From Candidatus Altiarchaeota archaeon (GTDB taxonomy: Archaea > Altiarchaeota > Altiarchaeia > IMC4 > SCGC-AAA252-I15), in the NCBI GenBank assembly GCA_043804895.1, contig JAZDIN010000027.1, positions 1 through 22,739 of the forward strand: a DNA stretch of 22,739 bases, written 5' to 3'. The translations under genes were made by a program, and so were the position numbers. Numbering within the stretch: the stretch's first letter is position 1; each line of letters starts with the position of its first letter. This document shows positions 8,626-17,114 of the stretch, in pieces. The notes under the pieces are model-generated. The model did no database searches, had not been told where the DNA came from, and saw only the letters and a list, made by a program, of their open reading frames with translations.

Positions 8626-9678
8626 ATGAATAGCAAATACTGTGGCTGTTGGACAGCACTTGTCACGCCTTTTGATGAACGCTTTTCTGTCGACTGGGGG
8701 CAGCTTGAGAGGAACGTAAAATTCCAGGTCAAGGAGGGAGTCGCAGGCGTGCTTTCGATGGGAACGACAGGCGAGTCGCCGACTGTAACACACAGCGAAC
8801 ACTCAAGGATAACCGAGAACACGGTCGACTACGTCGAAGGCAAGTGTAAGGTGCTAGCCGGCACGGGCTCAAACAGCACCGACGAGGCGGTGTTTGAGAC
8901 CATGAAGGCAGTGGATGCTGGCGCTGACGCGTGCCTGCTCGTCGACTGTTACTACAACAAGCCATCGTCCCTTGAGTTAAGGAAGGAGTACTACTCTGTC
9001 ATACTGTCGGAGTTCCCTGAGATGGAATTCATAACGTATTCAATACCAGGCCGCTCCGTGACTGTCATGCTACCTGAGGACATAGCCATACTGCGAAGCC
9101 AGTACAAGAACTTGGTCGCAGTCAAGGAGGCAAGCGGAGACTTCGAGAGGATGAGGAGGATACGCGAGCTCCTTGACCGGGACTTCAACATCATGAGCGG
9201 CGACGACCCGAACACGTACAAGATGATGACAGACCCGAAGATAGTGTCCTCCGGTGTGATATCAGTCATCAGCAACATAACCCCCGGGCCGATAGAGAAG
9301 TACACCCGCCTAATACTCGCAGGGAAGGTTAAGGAGGCAGCGGAGATTGATGCGGCGCTTTCGCCTCTTTTCAACATCGTCGGCGTGAAGACTACTGAGG
9401 ACATCAAGGTCACGAACGGGAAGACTGCGCAGGTAACATACAAGTTCCCGAACCCAGTTCCCATAAAGACGATGATGAACGGTCTCGGAATGATAACCGG
9501 CCTTTGTAAGAGGCCCCACGGGAAGATGACGAAGAATGGCGTCAACATAGTGAGGGGGGCCCTACAGGAGGTCTGGAGCAAGAACCCGAAGATGCTCGAG
9601 CCTATCGAAGGATACTACGACGTGAAAGTAGAGCAACGGCTCTCTGATGACAGAATCTGGGACAAACTCAGCTACTAA
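8626..9678 (+). CDS. dapA: 4-hydroxy-tetrahydrodipicolinate synthase
   Basis: TALVTPF, GTTGES, AGTGSNST, YYNKPS, catalytic VKEASG, SGDD, PNPVPIK. Confidence 0.9.
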   Translation: MNSKYCGCWTALVTPFDERFSVDWGQLERNVKFQVKEGVAGVLSMGTTGESPTVTHSEHSRITENTVDYVEGKCKVLAGTGSNSTDEAVFETMKAVDAGADACLLVDCYYNKPSSLELRKEYYSVILSEFPEMEFITYSIPGRSVTVMLPEDIAILRSQYKNLVAVKEASGDFERMRRIRELLDRDFNIMSGDDPNTYKMMTDPKIVSSGVISVISNITPGPIEKYTRLILAGKVKEAAEIDAALSPLFNIVGVKTTEDIKVTNGKTAQVTYKFPNPVPIKTMMNGLGMITGLCKRPHGKMTKNGVNIVRGALQEVWSKNPKMLEPIEGYYDVKVEQRLSDDRIWDKLSY

Positions 9679-9712
9679 AACGTTTTTTAGCGTGTAGTCC
9701 GAATTTAACCTT

Positions 9713-10339
9713 ATGGTTCGCCTTTGCGACTGCCCCTCTCCGAGCGCCTCAGGCGGCGCTGTCGTGATACCTGTAGGCAGCTTCGAACAGCACGGCCCAC
9801 ACCTGCCTCTCTCCACTGACACATTGATTTCCGAGGCTGTCGCGGCCGCGGTTGCGAAGAAGTTGAAAGCCTACGTCGGACCCACAATCCAGTTCGGGGT
9901 TTCGCCTGAGCACATGAACTTCCCTGGGACTATCACACTCGCAGCCAGCACGTTCAAGAACGTCGTTTCTGAGTTGGTCGGCTCCCTCAGACGCCACGGG
10001 TTCTCTGAAATAATGCTAGTGAACGGCCACGGCGGCAACAACAAGCCATTGGGTGAGCTCGCCTGCGAAGTGAAAGTCGTGAACCTCACCTCCCTCATCA
10101 AGCCTTACGATCACGCAGGCGAGGTGGAGACTAGCCTGATGATGCACCTTCACCCGAAGCTTGTGGTAAAGGATTCTATATGCGAGCAGCAGTTCACGTG
10201 GCCTGGGAAGATGGAGTGGGCTGACACGAAAGAGTTCAGCGAAAGCGGAGTATTAGGTCACCCCCACAAGGCCTCCAAAAAGAAAGGCAAAGCAATATTC
10301 GACGAACTGGTTGAGAAAACACTGAAAGAACTATCCTAA
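9713..10339 (+). CDS. Creatininase-family amidohydrolase (ArfB/MftE-like; substrate unresolved)
   Basis: GSFEQHGPHLPLSTD, SPEHMNFPGT, NGHGGN, HAGEVETS, SGVLG.P. Confidence 0.9.
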   Translation: MVRLCDCPSPSASGGAVVIPVGSFEQHGPHLPLSTDTLISEAVAAAVAKKLKAYVGPTIQFGVSPEHMNFPGTITLAASTFKNVVSELVGSLRRHGFSEIMLVNGHGGNNKPLGELACEVKVVNLTSLIKPYDHAGEVETSLMMHLHPKLVVKDSICEQQFTWPGKMEWADTKEFSESGVLGHPHKASKKKGKAIFDELVEKTLKELS

Positions 10340-10677
10340 GACTTCAAGTCCAGTATCGCCTGGGCGATGTCGCCTTTCGCTTTTTCAAGAGCCTTAATAG
10401 CAGCATCCTCCTTGACTCCGGTCTGGGCCCGGACCATGTCGACGTCGTCCTGGCTTATGTCAGCGGCAGATTCGGCTTCGCTCTCACGTACATTCCCCTG
10501 GATCTGGAACATCTCCTGGCCTTGGATGAGGGTCCTCACAACCGAAGGCTCATCTATTATAATCTCCCTGTCAACGCACCTTATGATTACCTGCTCCGCA
10601 GCTATCTCGTCGGATTTGATCCCCATCCGCTTCATAATCTTCTTCATCTGTTTCGGGTTCATCCCGCCGGGCATCAT
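10336..10677 (-). CDS. nac: Nascent polypeptide-associated complex protein
   Basis: PGGMNPKQMKKIMKRMGI, AEQVII, C-terminal UBA-like domain GDIAQAILDL. Confidence 0.96.
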   Translation of the reverse strand: MMPGGMNPKQMKKIMKRMGIKSDEIAAEQVIIRCVDREIIIDEPSVVRTLIQGQEMFQIQGNVRESEAESAADISQDDVDMVRAQTGVKEDAAIKALEKAKGDIAQAILDLKS

Positions 10678-10713
10678 GGTAGATTAATATTGCATGCCGG
10701 TTAAAAATAGTCC

Positions 10714-11253
10714 ATGCGAATGTTCCTCGCAATCGAATGTCCCGAGGATGTGAAGGATAAGCTGGTCCCCGTCCAAAAGGATGCCGCCAAGTACTGCACC
10801 ATGAAGAAAGTGGAATACGGGAACCTCCACCTGACGTTGAAGTTCCTCGGCGAGGTAGACTCCGCAGATAGTGTGGTTGCGGCATTGAACGGCGTAAAGC
10901 ACAAGGGATTCGACATCACAGTCTCAGGCCTCGGCGTATTCCCTAATGCTAGCAACGTCCGGGTGTTGTGGGCTGGCGTTGGCGTTGGGGCTAGGGAGGT
11001 TGTCAGCCTACAGAAGGAGGTTGATGCCGCCCTTAAACCGCTCGGATTCCAGCCTGACGGCAGATTCCACCCGCACCTTACATTGGGGAGAGTCAAGTCA
11101 GTCGAAGACAGGGGTGGTTTTCAGAGCCTCCTCACCCCCCTAAGCGAAGTCCAACTCGGATCCTACCACGTTGGAGAGTTCGTACTGATGGAGAGTAGGC
11201 TGACTTCAGAGGGTGCAATCTACTCAAAAGTCGGAAATTTCCCATTTCTTTAG
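10714..11253 (+). CDS. thpR: RNA 2',3'-cyclic phosphodiesterase (2H family)
   Basis: MR.FLAI, two HxT motifs (LHLTLKFLGE; FHPHLTLGRVK). Confidence 0.95.
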   Translation: MRMFLAIECPEDVKDKLVPVQKDAAKYCTMKKVEYGNLHLTLKFLGEVDSADSVVAALNGVKHKGFDITVSGLGVFPNASNVRVLWAGVGVGAREVVSLQKEVDAALKPLGFQPDGRFHPHLTLGRVKSVEDRGGFQSLLTPLSEVQLGSYHVGEFVLMESRLTSEGAIYSKVGNFPFL

Positions 11254-11285
11254 TATTTTTTAGCTGAAACGTAATCTCTTAACTG

Positions 11286-11990
11286 ATGGAACGAGTAAGC
11301 ACTGGAGTGGCAGGATTGGATGAGATGCTCCAAGGCGGGTTCATAGTAGGCCGCTCCTACCTGGTGGCAGGGGGGCCGGGTGCAGGTAAAACGATACTTT
11401 GCATGCAGTTTCTCATGGACGGGGTCAAGAACAACGAGCGGGGCCTTTACGTCGCCTTGGAGGAGCAGGCCCACGAGCTCAAGGATGACATGGCCGTCTT
11501 CGGGTGGGACATCCAGCGCATCAGAATATTGGACACGATGCAGGACCTCACCTCAGGCGTCTGGACAATAAAGACGACTGGCGTGATATCTAAGCCGGAA
11601 TTCAACCTCAAATCACTCATCGAGGCCATCCGCAACATAATTGCCTCGTACAAGCCTAAGCGGATAGTCATCGATTCGCTGACGAGCGTTAAGATGCTCT
11701 ACAACGAACAGTCCGAGGTACGCAAGGAATTGCTCGGCTTCATCAACTTCCTCGAATCCACAGGCTGCACGGTACTCCTCACCTCGGAGGTCACCGGCCC
11801 GGAGATTGTGATGGAAGAGTTCCTGGCAAGCGGCGTAATAAAGATTAACCTGATCGAAAACAACGGTGAGAGGGTGAGTGCCATAAGCGTGCAGAAGATG
11901 CGCGGCTCCAACTTCGACAAACACATGCGGCCGATTAAGGTGACCAACAGCGGGATAGTCGTGTTCCCTAACGAGTCTGTTTTTGGCTAA
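11286..11990 (+). CDS. Single-domain KaiC-like (RAD55/COG0467) ATPase
   Basis: STGVAGLDEML.GG, Walker A GGPGAGKT, LEE, Walker B VIDS, KMRG. Confidence 0.93.
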   Translation: MERVSTGVAGLDEMLQGGFIVGRSYLVAGGPGAGKTILCMQFLMDGVKNNERGLYVALEEQAHELKDDMAVFGWDIQRIRILDTMQDLTSGVWTIKTTGVISKPEFNLKSLIEAIRNIIASYKPKRIVIDSLTSVKMLYNEQSEVRKELLGFINFLESTGCTVLLTSEVTGPEIVMEEFLASGVIKINLIENNGERVSAISVQKMRGSNFDKHMRPIKVTNSGIVVFPNESVFG

Positions 11991-12047
11991 CCCAAGATAG
12001 AGCGACTCAATATTGGGGTGCGGATGAACACCAATACTACATCCGGG

Positions 12048-12833
12048 TCATACCCCTGCCTTTCGGCTGTGGTCGGTGATCTGAGCTATCACTTCATTCG
12101 GGTATACTGTGACGCCATCAGGCGTTATCTTCAAAGGCCTGACTCCCGTGTCATGGGCAGTTCCCCTCATCTTCTCTATGAGTAGTCCGCGTTCGAATAT
12201 GCCACTCCTCTCGCGCAGCATCATCGATACGATGCCGTCGCACAGGAACAGCATGTCGTTCCAGTAGCTTATCCCCTCCTCCACTGTGACGAGGGTGGTC
12301 ACATTAAGCTTCCTCAGCTTCTCGATGAGCCAGAGGGTCTGCATCCTGGCAACCAGCTGGTTTTCGGCAAGAAGCGTTATCGCAGTGAGGGAGTCTATGA
12401 CAACCCTCTTCGCACCAATGGTCCTGCAGCTTTGCTCTACCTCCTTGAAGAGCGAGTCAACGGTCAGGTACTCTCTGAGCTTGTTGGCTCTCCCGTCCTC
12501 GCCTGAGAGCATGCTGCTTTCGAACGTCGCCTCAACGTCCCCTATAATCGACTTGATATACGGGATGACCTTAAGCTTCCCTGCCGTCTCCAGCTTCCTC
12601 ACGTCCCAGTTGAATCCTCGAAGGTCAGACAACATACGCTCCCTATCCTCCTCAAGGAGTATGCAGACTCCGGGCTCGTTGAACTTGACTGCGCCGTTTA
12701 TGAGGAACTCAAAGGATAATATGCTCTTTCCGGTTCCGGATGCTCCTGCAATCGCGTAGGTCCCCCCGGCTGGGAAGCCCCCGCCTAAAAGCTCATCTAA
12801 ACCAGTTATCCCTGATTCGCACTTCCCGTCCAT
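12048..12833 (-). CDS. Second single-domain KaiC-like ATPase
   Basis: SGITGLDELLGGG, Walker A GASGTGKS, LEE, VIDS, EKMRGT.HD. Confidence 0.93.
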   Translation of the reverse strand: MDGKCESGITGLDELLGGGFPAGGTYAIAGASGTGKSILSFEFLINGAVKFNEPGVCILLEEDRERMLSDLRGFNWDVRKLETAGKLKVIPYIKSIIGDVEATFESSMLSGEDGRANKLREYLTVDSLFKEVEQSCRTIGAKRVVIDSLTAITLLAENQLVARMQTLWLIEKLRKLNVTTLVTVEEGISYWNDMLFLCDGIVSMMLRERSGIFERGLLIEKMRGTAHDTGVRPLKITPDGVTVYPNEVIAQITDHSRKAGV

Positions 12834-12845
12834 CTGGAAAAAAGC

Positions 12846-13220
12846 TTAACTGCCTTTTGAGATGATGCGCATGCCAGAAGGCACCACAAGGAGCTTGTCC
12901 TCTGAGATGCGGCCTATGTCCCCGTCCATCTCGACGCATGCGTCCCTCAGGTCCTTTATTATGCTCTTCAGGAGCGTCTTGTTGTGCAGCAGGTTCTTGA
13001 CGTTCAAGACTACTATGTTGGTCTTCTCAAGCTCAGCAAGGACGTTTCCGACGCCCTTCCCGTCGCCGTCAAGTTCTAGCGGCTTCACGTAGGTGACGTC
13101 CTCGTTCTCTATTATCTTCCCGTCCCTGACGCTCAGGTCATTCAAATAGTCCTCTATGTCAATCTCGTCTTTCCTTGGATCATCACCACCGCCCCCGCCC
13201 AAAATCTTCTTAAACACCAT
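12846..13220 (-). CDS. sepF: Archaeal cell division protein SepF
   Basis: N-terminal amphipathic MVFKKILG, acidic linker, core ending DGDIGRISEDKLLVVPSGMRI; SD GAGGTG upstream. Confidence 0.85.
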   Translation of the reverse strand: MVFKKILGGGGGDDPRKDEIDIEDYLNDLSVRDGKIIENEDVTYVKPLELDGDGKGVGNVLAELEKTNIVVLNVKNLLHNKTLLKSIIKDLRDACVEMDGDIGRISEDKLLVVPSGMRIISKGS

Positions 13221-13365
13221 TATAACACCTCACACAGCGATAAAATATGATGATACCATATTTTCCACCATAATATTGTTTTTTCCCATTTATTAATTAA
13301 TGGACCGGTCGGACGTCTTTTTATAGCCCGGTTTCATTAACTTATTCCCGATATTATCCTCTAAA
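13221..13365. promoter_or_regulatory. AT-rich divergent promoter region between sepF and cdc6 with several palindromes
   Basis: AAAATATG/CATATTTT (13242-13249/13257-13264), CCATTTATTAATTAATGG (13286-13303), GACCGGTC (13303-13310), TATA-like TTTTTATAG (13318-13326). Confidence 0.6.
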
Positions 13366-14712
13366 ATGTTCAGCAAGCTTTTCGACGCCGAACCAAAGGA
13401 CCGAGGGGTGTTCAAGGACTTGAGCGTCCTAAGCCCCCATTACGTGCCTAGGGAGCTGCCTTACAGGAAGAACGAGATAAAGCAGATAACCTCCCGCCTA
13501 TCCTCTCTCTTGGCTGGTGTGAAGCCGAACAACCTATTTCTCTACGGCAAGACCGGCACAGGCAAGACGAGCGTCGTCAAGACCATACTCCGTGAGCTAG
13601 ACTTCGCCCTAGATGACGCATCCAGGAACATAGGCAAGGTTCGGGCAGTCACACCCTACATGAACTGCAGGCTTGGGTATAACAGCAAATATCAGGTGCT
13701 TTTGAAGATACTTGAGGAGGATTCTATGAAGGCTGAGGGGTTGGTTTGCAACCCCCTTGAAGGGGTGCGCAACGGGAACCTCAGTGGCAGGTCCCCGACT
13801 GAACTGTACTCGAGGATGAGAAAGGTAGTGGAAGCTAACGCGCTGCAGATGATAGTCATACTGGACGAGATTGACATGGTCAAGGACGTGAACGAGTTGC
13901 TCTACACCCTCACACGCGTCAACGACGAGATACACGAGGTCAGCCTCGGCGGGGTCGCAAGGAGGGGCAGCGTCTCAATCATAGGGATTTCGAACAAACA
14001 CTCGTTCAAGAACGAGCTGGACACAAGGACGAGAAGCACCCTCTGCGAGGAGGAGCTCGTCTTCAAGCCATACAACGCGAACCAGCTGAAGACGATACTC
14101 GCCAACCGCGTGAAGAGCGGATTCAAGAAAGGCAGCATATCCAAATCCAACATCTCACTCATCGCAGCATACGCAGCCCAGACAAACGGAGACGCAAGAT
14201 ACGGCCTCCGCCTCCTGCAGAAGGCAGGGGAGATAGCCCAAAGCCACAAGAGGAAGCGGGTTAAGAAGGAGGATGTGATGGAGGCGAAGTCCAAAGTCGA
14301 GGAGGACATAATCACCGAGTTGATAACCACCCTCCCAGAGCACCAGCAGATTGTCTTATACGCCATCGCAGACCTGATGTCTAGGGGGAGCCAATACAAG
14401 CGCCTCTCTGACGTGCCGACCGGCGTGCTATTTTCAGGGGAAGTCTACGAGAACTACGAGAAGCTGTGCAAGCACCTGAGCCGGGACCCGAGGACGATGA
14501 GATGGTTCGGCGAATACCTGAAGGAACTGGAGATGCTCGGACTCGTAACCCTAAGCATCTCAGGCTCTGGCATACGGGGGACGACGACGCTCATACGCCT
14601 CGGTGGAAACGTGTCTGACATAAAAAAGACCGTAAGCTCAAGCCTCGGGCTCACGTACACTGAACCCTCTCAGGGTGACCTCACTCTTCCACGAAGAGCG
14701 CCAGCCCAATAG
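13366..14712 (+). CDS. cdc6: Orc1/Cdc6-family replication initiator (divergent)
   Basis: L.PHYVP.ELPYR, Walker A GKTGTGKT, Walker B ILDEID, F.PYNA.QL..IL..R, sensor II GDAR, C-terminal winged helix ELEMLGLV. Confidence 0.95.
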   Translation: MFSKLFDAEPKDRGVFKDLSVLSPHYVPRELPYRKNEIKQITSRLSSLLAGVKPNNLFLYGKTGTGKTSVVKTILRELDFALDDASRNIGKVRAVTPYMNCRLGYNSKYQVLLKILEEDSMKAEGLVCNPLEGVRNGNLSGRSPTELYSRMRKVVEANALQMIVILDEIDMVKDVNELLYTLTRVNDEIHEVSLGGVARRGSVSIIGISNKHSFKNELDTRTRSTLCEEELVFKPYNANQLKTILANRVKSGFKKGSISKSNISLIAAYAAQTNGDARYGLRLLQKAGEIAQSHKRKRVKKEDVMEAKSKVEEDIITELITTLPEHQQIVLYAIADLMSRGSQYKRLSDVPTGVLFSGEVYENYEKLCKHLSRDPRTMRWFGEYLKELEMLGLVTLSISGSGIRGTTTLIRLGGNVSDIKKTVSSSLGLTYTEPSQGDLTLPRRAPAQ

Positions 14713-15889
14713 ACGCAAGAAGCAAAACACCCAATGCTGCGAACACGCCACTTAAACCAACCAACCCCCCAAGCACTCCGGCACCGATCGGCCCCACCAT
14801 ATACCCGAAATCCCTTGAACTGCTCCAGACCCCGACTATGCCGCTTCTGCCCTCCGAACCAGACTTGACTGCGAGCACACCCTGCACGCTCGGCCACGCG
14901 AGCGCGAGGCCGCACGTGGCTAGGAAGCCTGCCACGAAAAGTCCTGTAACGTCAGTGGCCAGTGAGAATGCCACAGTGAATACTCCAGCGGCAGCCATCC
15001 CGAGTACGAGCATGTTCCTCCTGCCGAAGCGGTCGGCAAGCCATCCTCCGTGGAATTCGAAGAGTACGAGCGGGAGCACGAACGAAGACATGATGATTCC
15101 CCCAACCAGCGGGTCAGGGGTGAACATACCGTAGTATAATGGAACAAGAAGCCACACAGCCCCGTCATAGAACGTGAACAGGAATGTGACAGCCAATATT
15201 GCGGAGCCCGCTGACTTCAACTTACGATAATCCAAAAGTTCCTTCAGGAATAGCCCATCCTTGACGACCACATCCCTCACCCCATGAGCCAGGCTCTCAC
15301 CCCTCCCCCTCTCCTTAAACCAGGCGGTGACAAGGATGAGTGCGCTTACGCTGCAAACCGTGAACAGCGCGGAAACAACCCCTAACATACCATACCCTAA
15401 ATAGAGGAGTAGGCCGAGTATTACCGGCCCTAAGGCGAATCCTCCGTGGAGGAAGCTCATCTCAACCCCGAGGTACTCTGAACTCTTCCTATTCGGGCTT
15501 ATGCCCATGACGTACGACATAATCGGCACGTATATCATCGGATAGAATGCGCCGAGGAGGACGAGGAAGAATGCAAGTCCGATGGCGTTGCCTAAAAAAA
15601 CAATCCCCAACCCAAGGAAAGCGAGTGCTATGAGGCCGAAAGACAGAACCCGTCGCTCCCCCACCCTGTCTGTGAGGTCCCCCACAGGCAAGTCAAAGAA
15701 GGCAGCAACAAGGGACGGCACAGCCAAGAGTAGGCCGACGACAGCGACGTTGCCAACAATCCCAAACGCCACCTGCGGCAAGACGAACCACAAGGCCCCG
15801 CTGCCTAAAGTCCAAACCAATACCACCGCACTCGCATGCAAAAGCGGTCCATAACCTCCGAGTCCCCCAACCTTCCTCCTACAAAGCAT
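14681..15889 (-). CDS. MFS transporter
   Basis: About 12 TM helices, motif A twice (GDLTDRVGERR; GWLADRFGRR). The start is uncertain: ATG 15889 was preferred over 15979. Confidence 0.88.
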   Translation of the reverse strand: MLCRRKVGGLGGYGPLLHASAVVLVWTLGSGALWFVLPQVAFGIVGNVAVVGLLLAVPSLVAAFFDLPVGDLTDRVGERRVLSFGLIALAFLGLGIVFLGNAIGLAFFLVLLGAFYPMIYVPIMSYVMGISPNRKSSEYLGVEMSFLHGGFALGPVILGLLLYLGYGMLGVVSALFTVCSVSALILVTAWFKERGRGESLAHGVRDVVVKDGLFLKELLDYRKLKSAGSAILAVTFLFTFYDGAVWLLVPLYYGMFTPDPLVGGIIMSSFVLPLVLFEFHGGWLADRFGRRNMLVLGMAAAGVFTVAFSLATDVTGLFVAGFLATCGLALAWPSVQGVLAVKSGSEGRSGIVGVWSSSRDFGYMVGPIGAGVLGGLVGLSGVFAALGVLLLASIGLALFVEE

Positions 15890-15939
15890 AAGTAGTAATT
15901 CGCTGAAATAACTTAATAGACAAGCTGTCAGGCCCCATC

Positions 15940-16032
15940 GTCCGGTTGAGCGAGAACCACACCTCATACACCCCGCCAAGCAAATCCCTAACCTTAGGTA
16001 CAGGAGTCGTCTTAGACGCTGCGGGATACCTC
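15940..16032 (+). pseudogene. Fragment A: remnant paralogous to the N-terminal half of ORF 16645..17073 (not in the ORF track)
   Basis: VRLSENHTSYTPPSKSLTLGTGVVLDAAGYL vs IRLSENRTSYIPPSKSLTLGAGVVLDAAGHL (16705-16797): 26/31 aa identical. Confidence 0.85.
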
Positions 16033-16070
16033 CTCAAACGCCTCGGCAGCATGGTAAAGTCTAAATGTCA

Positions 16071-16109
16071 TTTATAAGTATGTGAATTCATTTTATTCAT
16101 ACTAGGTGG
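16071..16109 (+). promoter_or_regulatory. Promoter/operator and RBS of the AbrB-RelE operon
   Basis: TTTATAAG (16071-16078), inverted arms AGTATG (16077-16082) and CATACT (16098-16103), SD AGGTGG (16104-16109). Confidence 0.55.
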
Positions 16110-16113
16110 TACT

Positions 16114-16401
16114 ATGGATATAGAATCGATTAAACTCGGAGAACGCGGTCAAGTCGTCATCCCCCAAGACTTCAGGACGGAATTAAAACTGAGGGGAGGA
16201 GACAAAATGCTCGCAGTACTCGTGGACAACAAGATTGTCCTAGAATCCATGAGAAACATAAAAGCCGAATCAATAGAACAAGTCAGGGAGGACCTGGCAG
16301 ACCTCAAGGTGTGCGCTAAATTCTGGGATGACCTAAAAAAAGGGAAAGACGTGATAAAGCAAAACAGGGAAGACTTCCTCAGAGACCTTGAGAAATGGTA
16401 G
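16114..16401 (+). CDS. AbrB/MazE/SpoVT-family antitoxin
   Basis: KLGERGQVVIPQDFRTELKL..GD swapped-hairpin motif; acidic C-terminus; overlaps the toxin gene. Confidence 0.9.
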   Translation: MDIESIKLGERGQVVIPQDFRTELKLRGGDKMLAVLVDNKIVLESMRNIKAESIEQVREDLADLKVCAKFWDDLKKGKDVIKQNREDFLRDLEKW

Positions 16402-16652
16402 ATATAATAAGAAAACCCAGATTCGAGCAGGCGATCAAACACCTGAGAGACCAGAAATTAAAGGAAAGGATAAAGAAACAGCTGGTGAAGATAATCAACG
16501 ACCCTGAACGAGCCGGAGGATTCCTAAGATATGACCGGAAATTCGAGAAAAGGGTTTACATCCCCCCTCTCAGGCTGGTATTCGCCTACGACAGAGAAAA
16601 GGACATAATCTACCTCATAGACTTCGACAAAAGAGACCGCGTATATGATTAA
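16395..16652 (+). CDS. RelE/ParE-superfamily toxin
   Basis: Basic 85-aa protein: F...IKHL, I..QL.KI..DP..G..LRY, RVYI.PLRLVFAY, FDKRD.VY. Confidence 0.85.
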   Translation: MVDIIRKPRFEQAIKHLRDQKLKERIKKQLVKIINDPERAGGFLRYDRKFEKRVYIPPLRLVFAYDREKDIIYLIDFDKRDRVYD

Positions 16653-17073
16653 ACCCCACATAGTAAACGTGTTTGGCTACAACACCACACGCAGCAACGG
16701 AGTCATTCGTTTAAGCGAAAACCGGACATCTTACATTCCCCCTAGCAAATCTCTCACACTGGGGGCAGGAGTTGTCTTAGATGCAGCAGGACACCTCCCC
16801 AGCGGATTCATCCTTTTAGATGCCAATAGCACGTTAGCTTTAGACGTCAATTCCACCTTCGTCGCCAACGACGTCCTCACCGAAGAAATCTTATCCAATA
16901 CAAGTGTCAGCATCACATACGACGCTAACGACAACATGATGAGCGACGGCTTCCTGACATTCCAATACAATGACGATAACCGCCTCTCGAAGGTCTATAA
17001 CGGCAGCAACCTCCTCGAAGAATACTTGTATGGTTGGGTGGGGGAGAATATGGTGAAGTCGGTTTTAGCTTAA
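16645..17073 (+). pseudogene. Internal fragment (A'+B) of an Rhs/YD-repeat secreted glycoprotein
   Basis: YD/RHS-type repeat ITYDANDNMMSDG...F.YNDDNRL.KV...EEYLY; six N-x-S/T sequons. No signal peptide and no Rhs core or toxin tip. Confidence 0.75.
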
Positions 17074-17114
17074 ATACTAGTAAAATAATACTTATATAAG
17101 TAAAATGATACTTA
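17070..17114 (+). promoter_or_regulatory. TATA box and tandem operator repeats of the MNT-HEPN operon
   Basis: TTAAATA (17070-17076); AGTAAAATRATACTTA at 17079-17094 and 17099-17114 (15/16 identical); perfect palindrome TACTTATATAAGTA at 17089-17102. Confidence 0.7.

Noticed and set aside
11286-12833. Bona fide circadian KaiABC clock
   Set aside because: Both proteins are single-domain, lack the Ser-Thr phosphosite pair at the equivalent position (EEFLASG; MLFLCDG), and no kaiA or kaiB is present.
13221-13365. Canonical oriC beside cdc6
   Set aside because: No ORB or mini-ORB repeats with G-strings are recognisable, and the region is short.
15890-15979. N-terminal extension of the MFS ORF
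   Set aside because: It overlaps Rhs-like fragment A on the opposite strand and an AT-rich promoter-like stretch, and has no MFS character.
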